64,000 bases of DNA, taken from an uncultured Gammaproteobacteria bacterium (GTDB lineage Bacteria > Patescibacteriota > Microgenomatia > UBA8517). Position 1 is the first letter of the stretch. Every line of letters starts with the position of its first letter. Below are positions 38,030-47,289 of this stretch, one piece after another. The stretch lies in NCBI GenBank assembly GCA_964366085.1, contig CAYISM010000001.1, forward strand, positions 17,211 to 81,210, written 5' to 3'. Made by a program: the position numbers and the translations under genes. Under the pieces are notes generated by a model. The model was not told the origin of the DNA and ran no database searches. It saw only the letters and a program-made list of their open reading frames with translations.

Positions 38030-38628
38030 TTAAGGATTGTAGATCTTATATGCACCAGACTTATCTCCTGTGGTAAGCGTTACTTTCTTGACTTCTCCTT
38101 TTGCTCCATATCCAAACATGGTTGCGTTTTGATAATTTACGGAATCGTACATATCATCCATTCCGATCCAATGTCCCAACTCGTGAGTCAAGATGTTTTC
38201 TGCGTCATATGAATTTGAATCCGCACAGGCATTTGAATTTGCCTATCTATTGTTGTAGTACTGCCAGGGACAAAATTTACTTTTCCTCCGGAAGCAGCCG
38301 ACCAATCGTTAAATCCGTTTACCGCAATTGTTGAAAGATTTGAGGAACCAATCGACGAGGGAACACTTGCCGAATTTAAATTATATGTCCAGCTAGAGGG
38401 CAAATGCCAGTTTGTTGATCCGACAATGTTTGAAGACTCTGGATCAGTCAAACCACAAATTAAACTAGGCGAGGATATCCTCGCCGGCTTTTCTTTGTGG
38501 ACAAAAACTCGAACCTTAACTCCTTTGACATCGGGATCATCGTAAGTCTCATTTTCTTCGGGAATTTCTTTTCTTTCCTTACCTAAACTTAAGGAGGCCC
38601 CGACCAAAAAAGATAGCACTACTAACAA
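38030..38628 (-). pseudogene. Secreted snapalysin-like zinc metalloprotease (HExxHxxGxxD), apparently split by a frameshift near 38190-38245
   Basis: The ORF at 38188-38628 encodes a signal peptide and pro-region and stops at 38188. A different minus-strand frame at 38030-38242 encodes ...ADSNSYDAENILTHELGHWIGMDDMYDSVNYQN...KIYNP stop. Confidence 0.45.
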
Positions 38629-38658
38629 AACTAAAAGTATACTCTATTTGTCAATAGC

Positions 38659-39102
38659 TTAAATTAACTGAAATCTCTCTGCCAACTTTTTTAAATTTCC
38701 CGAGGATTTTGGTAAAACCTTCAGAATAATATACGAACTCAAACTTGCCCCAATTGTATCGAAAACCACATCCCTTACCTTTGGCTCTCTCCCGGGAGTA
38801 AAAATCTGATGAAACTCGTCGCTAATTCCATAAATTACTGCCAAAACAATTGAGTAGATAGCCGCTTTTTTCCTCTCGATTCCCGACCCTTTCAGAGCTC
38901 TATAAAGTAGTGTTGCGAATACGCCATACTCTAAAATATGTGCTGTCTTTTTCAAAATAAAATCCTGCCAATAAATTTCGGATGTTTTAATCGTTTGAAG
39001 GGAAGAAAACAGAAAAATTAAAGCCGCCCATAAAAATGGCGGCAACCAAAGATTTAAGACTTTTGAAGAATTATTCTTTCCCGTTTTCCCCATTCTCTTC
39101 AT
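38659..39102 (-). CDS. VanZ-like family membrane protein
   Basis: ISDEFHQIFTPGREP...DVVFDTIGA, characteristic of VanZ-like proteins. Confidence 0.65.
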   Translation of the reverse strand: MKRMGKTGKNNSSKVLNLWLPPFLWAALIFLFSSLQTIKTSEIYWQDFILKKTAHILEYGVFATLLYRALKGSGIERKKAAIYSIVLAVIYGISDEFHQIFTPGREPKVRDVVFDTIGASLSSYIILKVLPKSSGNLKKLAERFQLI

Positions 39103-40057
39103 TATACCCAACTTTTCTATTTTTAAACAAACTAAACAAAGCCGTAAAGATTAACGCAACTCCGGAAAAAATTAATATTAATGGTACGATTAGAGTCTTA
39201 AACTTATTATCTACAGATCCCTCGGAGGAAGAAGCTTCTTGGGAAGTCGGGCTTTGATCTCCTTCTCTTATTCCCAAAACAATTCCCTCTTGAGTAGCCG
39301 AAACTTCTTCTGTCGGTCTTGGAGTCGGGCTGGAAATTCTGGTCGGGGAAGGCGTGGGGGTTTTAGTTGGCGTGGGAGTTGATGTAGGAGTTAGGGAAGG
39401 AGTTGGTGTGGATGTGGATGTTGGAGATGGAGCAGGATCTGACGTAGGTAAGGGCGTTGAGGTTGCGCCAGAACTATTTGCACTTCCCGGTGTCCCACCG
39501 CTACTGATACTAACTTGCCAGTTAAAAGAATCATTACCAGAACCAGTCACACTTTTTCTTTCTAAAGACTTTCCATCTCCATCCGCTCCCCACGAATTTA
39601 AATAAGATACACTATCTACAATCAAACCTAAATTATTAGCTACTGCTACCGTATCTCCAGAATTATCAAATCCCCCACACATAGAAGATGAAGCTACGTG
39701 TAATGCCAAAGCATCAAGGTTAATACTAAACTTCTCATACGCTTCCGTTCCACTCCCACCATCCGTTATAATCACGTACTGACCTGCAGTAAGTAAAAAT
39801 CCAGACGATTGATATGTTTGTCCATCAGATTTCTTAACGTAACCAGCTTGTAATTGGCTATCACAAACTGTCCAATTTTCAAGGCTTGTACTTTCAGTTG
39901 TATATAGCTCAATCCACTCATTGTAATTATCATCTCCTTGATTAGGGTTATACATTACTTCATTTATCACCACCTGCGCTAAAATCTTTTGGGGAGAAAC
40001 CAAAATAAATAATATAACTATTAATAGAGTTTTAAATACTTTGATAAATCGATTCAT
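39071..40057 (-). CDS. Lamin-tail-domain (LTD) surface protein with Pro/Thr-rich linker and C-terminal TM anchor
   Basis: Signal peptide, then VVINEVMYNP...NEWIELYT LTD signature, then PTSDPAPSPTSTSTPTPSLTPTSTPTPTKTPTPSPT, then a C-terminal TM. Confidence 0.7.
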   Translation of the reverse strand: MNRFIKVFKTLLIVILFILVSPQKILAQVVINEVMYNPNQGDDNYNEWIELYTTESTSLENWTVCDSQLQAGYVKKSDGQTYQSSGFLLTAGQYVIITDGGSGTEAYEKFSINLDALALHVASSSMCGGFDNSGDTVAVANNLGLIVDSVSYLNSWGADGDGKSLERKSVTGSGNDSFNWQVSISSGGTPGSANSSGATSTPLPTSDPAPSPTSTSTPTPSLTPTSTPTPTKTPTPSPTRISSPTPRPTEEVSATQEGIVLGIREGDQSPTSQEASSSEGSVDNKFKTLIVPLILIFSGVALIFTALFSLFKNRKVGYNEENGENGKE

Positions 40058-40066
40058 CGAAGTGAG

Positions 40067-40510
40067 TTAAAGAACTTTATTGCTTCTCTTTTTCTTTAAT
40101 TCGTTTCTTAGATAAATCCACCCGCCAGATTTAGAACCTCCCATTGCTCCAATAGAGGCTATCTTTTCTCCCAAGCTTAGAAGAAACCTTTCAATTTGCT
40201 TACTCTTCAATATCTGATTAACAACTTCTTTGTAGCCATTTTTGTACTTATAAACAATCGCGTAATCAGCAATGGTCGATGTACTTACTCGAAGCAAATC
40301 AGAAATCTCTTGGTAGTTGTAACCCTTGGATATAAAAAGCCCTATTGCAAGCCTTTTTGCCAACATAATCCGCTCAGTCGGAGTAAGAAATTCCTCAAAG
40401 AAGACAGCTACTTTTTTCTTTGTATCAAGATTTGCGATTGTTTCTAAAAATACTTCAAATATCTCGTTATAAACGTCTTTTCGTACCGGATATTTAGAAA
40501 TTTGTGCCAT
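40067..40510 (-). CDS. TrpR-like (YerC/YecD family) DNA-binding protein
   Basis: FLTPTERIMLAKRLAIGLFISKGYNYQEISDLLRVSTSTI helix-turn-helix. Confidence 0.5.
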   Translation of the reverse strand: MAQISKYPVRKDVYNEIFEVFLETIANLDTKKKVAVFFEEFLTPTERIMLAKRLAIGLFISKGYNYQEISDLLRVSTSTIADYAIVYKYKNGYKEVVNQILKSKQIERFLLSLGEKIASIGAMGGSKSGGWIYLRNELKKKRSNKVL

Positions 40511-40546
40511 ATACTTCGATAAATCGAGTTATCGATATAGTTAATT

Positions 40547-41698
40547 CTACTGCAGATGCAAATATAAAGTCATTTTGCCACTGGAATGAAATATTCTAAC
40601 ATTGTTGCCAAGTGATGTTGTCCCTCTATAAAAATATGCCACTCCATCCTCAACTGCCCGCACAATCTTATCCGAACTGTCCACAATGTCTATTCCGTGA
40701 TGGAAACTTTCGTAGGGAGTGTGTCCGTAACACTGCGTTACCTTGGGGTTCGCCATCGGCCACGGCAAATTCCCTGAACCAATTGCACGATCCAACCCAT
40801 TTTTCTGTTGGACGTCGTCACACGACAAATACTCAAAATGAAAGGTTCTATTTTGCAAAACAGAAATGGGTGATTCGTTTCTGGTTGAATACCAACCAAT
40901 ATTTCCCTTAAAATCCTCGTTATGCTGTGATTCTGTAAGATTATAATACCCAAAATGAAGATGGGGGCCGGTTGAACGGCCGGTATTGCCCATTAAGCCT
41001 ATCATCTCTCCTTTTTTAACTTCTCTTTTGCCTGTAAATTGTGAATTTGCAAGCGCTTCAAGTTCTAATTGTGCCTCTCTCAAAAGACTCTGATACCTTT
41101 TCTCATCATTCCTAGTTACCAATAACAAACTTGCCTTTGCAATTTTCTGGCTATTTAAGTTTGCCTTTTGTTTTTCCAATTGTGCCTGCAACTCTTCCTG
41201 AGTCTCTTTTTCTGCCTTATAAGAAGTTTGTGCTTTTTGAAGACGCATAAGTAGATCTCTGTCGGCTTCTTGAATTTTTTGCAAAAAGTTAAATCTTAAC
41301 GCCGCTTCAGATAGGTCGGATGCCGACAGTAAAAAAATCATCGGATCTCCCAACCTTGCCATCTTGTATGTTTCAACTGCCCTTGAAGAAAATGCCTCAG
41401 TTAACTTTCCCAATGACCCCTCCAAGAGATCTATTCTGCCTGTCAAAAGAGATATCTTTTCTTCAATTTGTGAAATCTTAAGCGAAGTTAATTTAATCTG
41501 TGCATCAAATTGTGCGATTTGATTAGATAAAGTTTTTGATTGGGCGGAGAGTCGGTCTGTTTCTTTTTGATACCTATCTATTTCTTGTTGAATTTCCTCT
41601 AATGTTTTTGATTCAACTGAACTTGTAAAATACCCTAAGCCCAGAAATACAAAGAAGAGAACCGAAAGAAGAACTAATAGTTTTTTGAAAAGATTCAT
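40547..41698 (-). CDS. EnvC/PcsB-like coiled-coil M23 (LytM) metallopeptidase, with catalytic motifs in permuted order
   Basis: N-terminal signal/TM and about 200 aa of coiled coil, then GNTGRSTGPHLHF (HxH motif), then HHGIDI (HxxxD motif), then GNNVRIFH...TLYLHL at the C-terminus. The 4-bp overlap with ftsX supports an FtsEX partner. Confidence 0.75.
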   Translation of the reverse strand: MNLFKKLLVLLSVLFFVFLGLGYFTSSVESKTLEEIQQEIDRYQKETDRLSAQSKTLSNQIAQFDAQIKLTSLKISQIEEKISLLTGRIDLLEGSLGKLTEAFSSRAVETYKMARLGDPMIFLLSASDLSEAALRFNFLQKIQEADRDLLMRLQKAQTSYKAEKETQEELQAQLEKQKANLNSQKIAKASLLLVTRNDEKRYQSLLREAQLELEALANSQFTGKREVKKGEMIGLMGNTGRSTGPHLHFGYYNLTESQHNEDFKGNIGWYSTRNESPISVLQNRTFHFEYLSCDDVQQKNGLDRAIGSGNLPWPMANPKVTQCYGHTPYESFHHGIDIVDSSDKIVRAVEDGVAYFYRGTTSLGNNVRIFHSSGKMTLYLHLQ

Positions 41699-42609
41699 TT
41701 CTCACGTCTTGCCCGAGAAATTGCAAGCAAACTCCCAACAAAAGCCAGTGTTAAAGCAATAATAATTTCACCGGCCAGAAAAATTCCAAAAAGAGAAAGA
41801 AAGTTTGGTATTCCTTTTGGAATCGTTGGAATATCACCAAAATAAGAAACTATCGAAGGCGCTAGGTATAGAACTGACACCAAAGCAGTTGTCCATCCAA
41901 CCAAAACCCCTGCCAAGCTATAAAGCGCCGACTCTATTAAAATTGGGTTTCTGATAAAACTCGGGGTTGCGCCTATTAGATTAAGTATCTCAACTTCAGA
42001 CTTTCTTGTTGATATTCTCATTCCGATTACTACTAATAGTACAAAAAACGAAGTTGTGCCCAGTACTGCTACCAACGCTATTCCTCCAAGCCTTAAATAC
42101 CAAGTAACGCGTCTTAATCTGGAAATAACATCCTCAAGTTTTGTCTCTCCTCCCAAACTTGCAGTAAAACCTACCTCGGAAACAATTGGTTCTTTTTTAA
42201 CCTGTTCTACCAGCTGGTTCGCAAAAGACAAATTCCTTAAGGAAAACTCAAGACTCGCGGGAAAAATTGAAGGATTTACAAGCTCCGATAAAAGAGGATT
42301 TCCCGAAGTTGCTTTCTTATAAATCCCTAACGCTTCTTCTTTTGTCACATATTTAACTTCCTTAACTTTAGGATCATTTGTGAGACTATTCTGTAACACC
42401 GCGATCTCGTCTGCCTTGGCACTATCTTTTAAAAAAGCAATAACTTGCGGTCTGGTCTCAAAGTAATTTAAAACCTGACTTGAGGAATAAACAAGAAGTG
42501 CCAAAATTGTGGAAGCAAAAAAGGTTAATCCTAAAACTAAAACTGCTGCAAGCGCTTGAAAAGGCGAGCGTCTTATATAATCAAATGCGGTTTTAAAGTG
42601 AATGTTCAT
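41695..42609 (-). CDS. ftsX: Cell division ABC transporter permease FtsX
   Basis: 304 aa; 1 TM, large extracytoplasmic loop, then 3 TMs; directly downstream of ftsE. Confidence 0.8.
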   Translation of the reverse strand: MNIHFKTAFDYIRRSPFQALAAVLVLGLTFFASTILALLVYSSSQVLNYFETRPQVIAFLKDSAKADEIAVLQNSLTNDPKVKEVKYVTKEEALGIYKKATSGNPLLSELVNPSIFPASLEFSLRNLSFANQLVEQVKKEPIVSEVGFTASLGGETKLEDVISRLRRVTWYLRLGGIALVAVLGTTSFFVLLVVIGMRISTRKSEVEILNLIGATPSFIRNPILIESALYSLAGVLVGWTTALVSVLYLAPSIVSYFGDIPTIPKGIPNFLSLFGIFLAGEIIIALTLAFVGSLLAISRARREK

Positions 42610-43265
42610 TTTCCAGTCTTTCCTTCTTTTAATTCTATAACTCTTTTACCCAGTTTAGAAATTATTTCTTTATTGTGAGTTGCCATTATGATAGTTTTTC
42701 CTTCTTTTTTAATTTTTTCGAAAAGATCCATCATTGAATCTGCCGTTTCCCAGTCCAGGTTTCCGGTAGGCTCATCTGCCAAAATAAGTTTTGGGTTAAC
42801 AATCAAAGCTCTCGCCAAAGAAACTCTTTGAAGTTCTCCCCCGGAAAGTTGTGCCGGAAAAAGATCGGATCGGCTTGAAAGTCCGACAAGATTAAGTACA
42901 TGTTTCACTCTTTCTGCCCATTTTTCCTGAGGCAAATCAATAACTGCCAAAGCAACGTCGACATTTTCTCTCACGGTTCTTTCGGGAATAACTTTGAAGT
43001 CCTGGAAAACGACGCCTATTTTTTGCCTATATTTTGGAATTTCACCCTTTCCCAATTTGGATATATCTTTACCGCCAAAAAGTATCTGTCCCGTGTCGGG
43101 CAATAGTTCGTGTAAGATAAGCCGCAAAATTGTTGTTTTTCCTGCTCCTGAAGCTCCGGTTATAAAAACAAATTCTCCCTCTTTGACTTCAAAAGAAATA
43201 TCCAGAAGTGCCTTTATATTACCAAAAAATTTTGAAACCTTTTTAAATTCAATTAGAGCAGTCAT
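42606..43265 (-). CDS. ftsE: Cell division ATP-binding protein FtsE
   Basis: Walker A GASGAGKTT, LSGGELQR signature, Walker B ILADEPTGNLD. Confidence 0.9.
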   Translation of the reverse strand: MTALIEFKKVSKFFGNIKALLDISFEVKEGEFVFITGASGAGKTTILRLILHELLPDTGQILFGGKDISKLGKGEIPKYRQKIGVVFQDFKVIPERTVRENVDVALAVIDLPQEKWAERVKHVLNLVGLSSRSDLFPAQLSGGELQRVSLARALIVNPKLILADEPTGNLDWETADSMMDLFEKIKKEGKTIIMATHNKEIISKLGKRVIELKEGKTGK

Positions 43266-43316
43266 TACTTAAGAAGATTAGCAAATGAAAACGAAGAAAA
43301 CCAGGGCAAAGTACTT

Positions 43317-43832
43317 TCACTCGATCACTTTAACCTTACCAACATCCATAAGCCAACCGGCTTTCTTGCCTTTTGTCGTTTCTCCCCAAACCACTACTTT
43401 TTTGCCTATAAAATTCTGAAGATCAATTACGGTTGAGGTTAAGTATACGTTTTGTGAAGGCCCACCCGTTCTTTCCAGATGATGCGTTCCTTCGCCGCTT
43501 ATCCCGCCTTCGACAAGTGTTCCTTCGGCAGAATCTCTGAACGTTTTATCGTCAACTATTCCGACCTCGCCGGATCCTACTTTTGCTGCTGAGCCGGCTT
43601 TACTGCCCAATACCGAACTTTTGCCCGTTAAAATCCATCCGCTTCCTACCCCCGCCAAAACCAAAACACCTACAATTAAAACTGTTTTAAGAAAGTCCTT
43701 ATTTTTTATAAAAGAAACTTTCTTGACCAACGAGTCAACACTGGGCGTCTGGGGAATTACCGGCTGTGAAGTGTTTGTACCTTCCATATTGGGTCCAATA
43801 TAGCACCTTATATTACGTCTAGCAAGTAGCAC
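43317..43832 (-). CDS. Hypothetical membrane-anchored protein
   Basis: 171 aa ORF with one TM. Its start overlaps the prfB stop in TAATG fashion. An internal Met at residue 15 is an alternative start. Confidence 0.4.
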   Translation of the reverse strand: MLLARRNIRCYIGPNMEGTNTSQPVIPQTPSVDSLVKKVSFIKNKDFLKTVLIVGVLVLAGVGSGWILTGKSSVLGSKAGSAAKVGSGEVGIVDDKTFRDSAEGTLVEGGISGEGTHHLERTGGPSQNVYLTSTVIDLQNFIGKKVVVWGETTKGKKAGWLMDVGKVKVIE

Positions 43833-44905
43833 TACATCTTAAGTTCAGCCTCGATAAACTCGTCCAGTTCCCCATCCAAAACTCCTTCGGTATTTCCCGT
43901 TTCAACGTTTGTTCTTAAATCTTTAACCATTTTATAGGGATGCAGAACATATGAGCGGATCTGTGTTCCCCAAGAAGCCATGGTTCTTCCGCCCTTCAGC
44001 TCCTTTCTCTCGCTTGCCAACTCACTTTCCTTAAGGTGCCAAAGTTTGGATTTAAGAAGACTCAGGGCGTTTTTTCTGTTTTGCTCCTGGAAGCGCTCTG
44101 ATTGAGCAGAAACGGTAATCCCTGTGGGTTTATGAATAATCCTGACTGCGGTTGAAACCTTTTGGACGTTTTGCCCTCCTTTTGAAGAACTTCTAAAAAA
44201 CTGCAATTCTACATCTTCGTCCTTTATCTCAGTATCCGGCAAATCTACTTCTTCAAATTCCGGCAAGATTTCGACGAGGGCAAAAGAAGTCTGTCTTAAT
44301 TTATCAGCATTAAAAGGCGATTGTCGAACAAGTCTATGCGTTCCGGCCTCTTTTTTTAGATATCCGTAAGAATATGTCCCGGAAACTTTAAAAGTAACAC
44401 TTTTTATTCCTGCTTCCTCTCCCTCAGTCATGTCTAGTACATCCGTTTTCCACCCTCTTCTTTCGCAAAACCGGTGGTACATACGAAATAGCATGCTTGC
44501 CCAATCCATGGCTTCGACTCCGCCTTGCCCTGCGTGGATTGAAACTATGGCATTTTTGGCATCATACGGTTCGGAAAGAAATGAGGCCAGTTCAAATTTC
44601 TTTAAATCTTTTTCGATTTGATTAACTTCCTTCGTAAACTCCTCAGAAAATTCTTCGTCTTTGGAAAATTCTTCAAGAGTGTTAATTTGACTTTGCAAAT
44701 TCTCAAACTCGTCAATTTCTCTTTTTAAGTCCGAAAACTCTCGCATTAGCCTCTTTGCATTTTCCGGGTCATTCCAAAGATCAGGGTCGGTAGTTTTTGC
44801 CTCCGTCGAAAGTAACTCCGTTTTTTTTACTTCCAAGCTAAAGTTTTTGTCAATACCGGAGAATCTTTCTGTGAGTTCTTTTATCCTTTCCTTAAAATCC
44901 TGCAT
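43832..44905 (-). CDS. prfB: Peptide chain release factor 2 (single ORF, no programmed frameshift site evident)
   Basis: SPF tripeptide motif (RQSPFNA) and GGQ (SSKGGQNVQK). Confidence 0.9.
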   Translation of the reverse strand: MQDFKERIKELTERFSGIDKNFSLEVKKTELLSTEAKTTDPDLWNDPENAKRLMREFSDLKREIDEFENLQSQINTLEEFSKDEEFSEEFTKEVNQIEKDLKKFELASFLSEPYDAKNAIVSIHAGQGGVEAMDWASMLFRMYHRFCERRGWKTDVLDMTEGEEAGIKSVTFKVSGTYSYGYLKKEAGTHRLVRQSPFNADKLRQTSFALVEILPEFEEVDLPDTEIKDEDVELQFFRSSSKGGQNVQKVSTAVRIIHKPTGITVSAQSERFQEQNRKNALSLLKSKLWHLKESELASERKELKGGRTMASWGTQIRSYVLHPYKMVKDLRTNVETGNTEGVLDGELDEFIEAELKM

Positions 44906-44920
44906 GCGTAAAGTATACCA

Positions 44921-45388
44921 TTACGGAGCGCAAATGAGGGCTTTTACTTTTTTGGCATCGGTCGGGGTAAGTGTTTGAAATTTTTCAATGAAGCTCCCAA
45001 AAGATGTTTTTATTACGGACTCCTTTGCGTTTGATTGTGGGATCTGATTTGTTACTCCCAAAACATCAGCCAGTTTAGATCTTCCAATATCAATTGCGTT
45101 TACAATTGGTTTAGGAGCGTTTTTCCACCCTAAAACTTCAGTTAAAGCCGTCCTTCCACCAACAATAAGAAAACCCTCTAAAATAAGAGCCATTAAAAAT
45201 CCAAAGAAAAAACCAAAAAGTGCACCTTTAATTGACCAATCAAGCATGTGGCGTCTTAAGGAAGCAAGAGAAATTAAAAGTAAAAAAAGAAGGGCAATGA
45301 TTGCTCCGGCTTGTAAGTATGAAGGAGAGAAGGAATAGGACCCGAAGTTAAAGTTAAATTTACCGAATAAAGCTTGGACAGCATTCAT
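44921..45388 (-). CDS. Hypothetical membrane protein
   Basis: 155 aa, 2-3 TMs. Confidence 0.4.
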   Translation of the reverse strand: MNAVQALFGKFNFNFGSYSFSPSYLQAGAIIALLFLLLISLASLRRHMLDWSIKGALFGFFFGFLMALILEGFLIVGGRTALTEVLGWKNAPKPIVNAIDIGRSKLADVLGVTNQIPQSNAKESVIKTSFGSFIEKFQTLTPTDAKKVKALICAP

Positions 45389-45403
45389 ACCTTAATAATA
45401 GCA

Positions 45404-46024
45404 TCACTGGACTACTTCTTCCTCTTCAACTACATCGCCAGATGAGGGGGTACCCGAAGAGTTTGAGGATTCGGTTAGGCTAAACGTTGATGCAATTTTG
45501 TTTTGGGCATCTTCCCAAAAACCAGTATCTTTCGGCCCGCCTTGACTCTGTGAGGCAGGCCCTTCAACTAGATACAGAATTCCTCCGTCTATTGCTACTG
45601 TTAAAAGTTTAGAGCTTGTCGAGTATTGTTTAGCGGAAAGTCCAGCCAAAGTCGTTGCGCCAACCAACGACGCTTCTTTTACCCCCGAGGTTGACTTTAT
45701 CCATTCATCGGCTGTTTTGGCCGTTGTGTCAATAACGGTAATTTTTATCTCTCCTCCGGTCTTAGTTAAAGATAAAACCGAATAGGAAGAATCGTCATTT
45801 GGGGTTACATCTTTTACTTTTATCGACTTCGGGTATTCAAAAGAAAAACCTGCGTTGTCTTTGTATACTAAGGTTGCTTCTGTCGATTTTTCTGATGTAT
45901 CCGACTGGCCGGTATTTTTAACCTGACTTCCGGTTTTTGATTTGAAAAGAAAATAAGAAGTCGCCCCACCCAAAATAATGATCCCCATAACTACTAAAAT
46001 AATAAGTATTTGCTTCTTTGACAT
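45404..46024 (-). CDS. Hypothetical N-terminally anchored extracytoplasmic protein
   Basis: 206 aa, N-terminal TM, Ser/Thr-rich, with an acidic C-terminal tail. Confidence 0.4.
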   Translation of the reverse strand: MSKKQILIILVVMGIIILGGATSYFLFKSKTGSQVKNTGQSDTSEKSTEATLVYKDNAGFSFEYPKSIKVKDVTPNDDSSYSVLSLTKTGGEIKITVIDTTAKTADEWIKSTSGVKEASLVGATTLAGLSAKQYSTSSKLLTVAIDGGILYLVEGPASQSQGGPKDTGFWEDAQNKIASTFSLTESSNSSGTPSSGDVVEEEEVVQ

Positions 46025-46057
46025 GGTCTAATCTTCACTATATCATGAATTAAGTCC

Positions 46058-46486
46058 ATGAGAAAACTAGTCTTTTTAATTACCCTACTTTTTACTTTTT
46101 CATTACTATTTCCTAAGGGAGCGGAAGCAAAAAAGACACTACCAACAAGATCCGCAAAATCAAAAATAGCCTCTACAACCGGAAAAGTTGCAGTTTCGGC
46201 AAGATTCAGAAAAGACAGACGGGCAATTGTTGTATCTTTTGCAAATCTTGGTTCTGCATCTTCGGTTTCCTATATGTTAAGTTACGACACGCGGGGAACT
46301 TCACAAGGCGCCTCGGGAACAATAAGGCCAACTTCAGAAACCTCAATAACACGCGAACTTCTTTTCGGGACATGCTCACACGGAGTTTGCCGATATGATA
46401 GCGGAATTACTAATGCGAAATTTGTTGTAACTTCAAAATTAAATAGCGGAAAAACGATCGTCAAGACTTTCAGATTGAAAGTTTAG
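46058..46486 (+). CDS. Hypothetical secreted protein
   Basis: 142 aa with an N-terminal signal peptide; divergent from 45404-46024. Confidence 0.4.
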   Translation: MRKLVFLITLLFTFSLLFPKGAEAKKTLPTRSAKSKIASTTGKVAVSARFRKDRRAIVVSFANLGSASSVSYMLSYDTRGTSQGASGTIRPTSETSITRELLFGTCSHGVCRYDSGITNAKFVVTSKLNSGKTIVKTFRLKV

Positions 46487-46487
46487 A

Positions 46488-47174
46488 TTATCCAGGTGGA
46501 AAGGTTGGAGAAGCAGACGGTGATGCGCTGGGTGTTGGTGTCGCTGTTGGTGAAGGCTTTGGAGTCTGTCCCTTTCTAAGTCCGGTCACTACTTCAACAC
46601 TTTTTCCACTCAATATTCCTGTTTTGGTTTGTACATCTTTATAAATATCGTTTAAATTTACAGTTATTTCATCGATTGCCGATTGTGCCAGACTTTGATC
46701 GAAAATAACAATTGTTGTGTCAACGTCAGTTCTTTCCTTATTTCCAACCGTTATGGATGTGTAACCCAAACCCTTTAGCTTGCCTTGCAAATAAGCCGCC
46801 TCACCTGAGATAGAAGTACCATTTAGTACCTCTATTTTTATTTTCGTCTTATCAATCGGCTCAGCCGTTGGGGTTGGGGTTGGGGTTGAAGGTGAATTAA
46901 ACTCAACCGACCCGGTTGTTTCAGGAGGAATAGTTTCTTGAGAAATTCGTAATTTCCTTACTATAAAAAATCCGCCTATCAACGCGAGTAAAAGTAGGAA
47001 TACTAAAAGCATTACCGAGCTCTTATTCGAGGATTTGGGTCCTGGGCTATAATTTGAAAAAGATTGCGGTTCTTCTTTCGTCTCTTCCACGACTTCTTGC
47101 TGCGTCTCACCTTCTACTTTTGTATTCTCTTCCATGTGGCCGCAAGTATAGACATACCAAAACCTTTTTGTCAA
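46488..47174 (-). CDS. LytR_C-domain (LytR/CpsA/Psr C-terminal) membrane-anchored protein with Pro/Thr linkers
   Basis: IKIEVLNGTSISGEAAYLQGKLKGLGYTSITVGN resembles the LytR_C domain; TM anchor; TPTPTPT linkers. Confidence 0.5.
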   Translation of the reverse strand: MTKRFWYVYTCGHMEENTKVEGETQQEVVEETKEEPQSFSNYSPGPKSSNKSSVMLLVFLLLLALIGGFFIVRKLRISQETIPPETTGSVEFNSPSTPTPTPTAEPIDKTKIKIEVLNGTSISGEAAYLQGKLKGLGYTSITVGNKERTDVDTTIVIFDQSLAQSAIDEITVNLNDIYKDVQTKTGILSGKSVEVVTGLRKGQTPKPSPTATPTPSASPSASPTFPPG

Positions 47175-47251
47175 TTATCATTTTAGCCACGCTTTCTTTA
47201 GTTGAACTAAATCGTCATTTAAGATTAACTCTCTAATTCGTTTCATTAAAT

Positions 47252-47283
47252 TTCTTCTGAAGTTAGAAGAAGTCACTTTTTTT
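47252..47283. terminator. Weak hairpin (TTCTTCT-gaagtt-AGAAGAA) followed after 5 nt by a T7 run; possible terminator downstream of the FKBP and LytR_C genes
   Basis: 7-bp stem read from the sequence. The T-run is offset and the strand is ambiguous. Confidence 0.2.
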
Positions 47284-47289
47284 AAATTA

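Noticed and set aside
43832-44905. Possible programmed +1 frameshift site in prfB
   Set aside because: The N-terminus through to the GGQ is one continuous ORF with no in-frame UGA near codons 20-30, so this RF2 appears to lack the autoregulatory frameshift.
47054-47236. 60-aa plus-strand ORF in the LytR_C to FKBP intergenic region
   Set aside because: Mostly overlaps the end of the LytR_C gene antisense, with no features; likely spurious.
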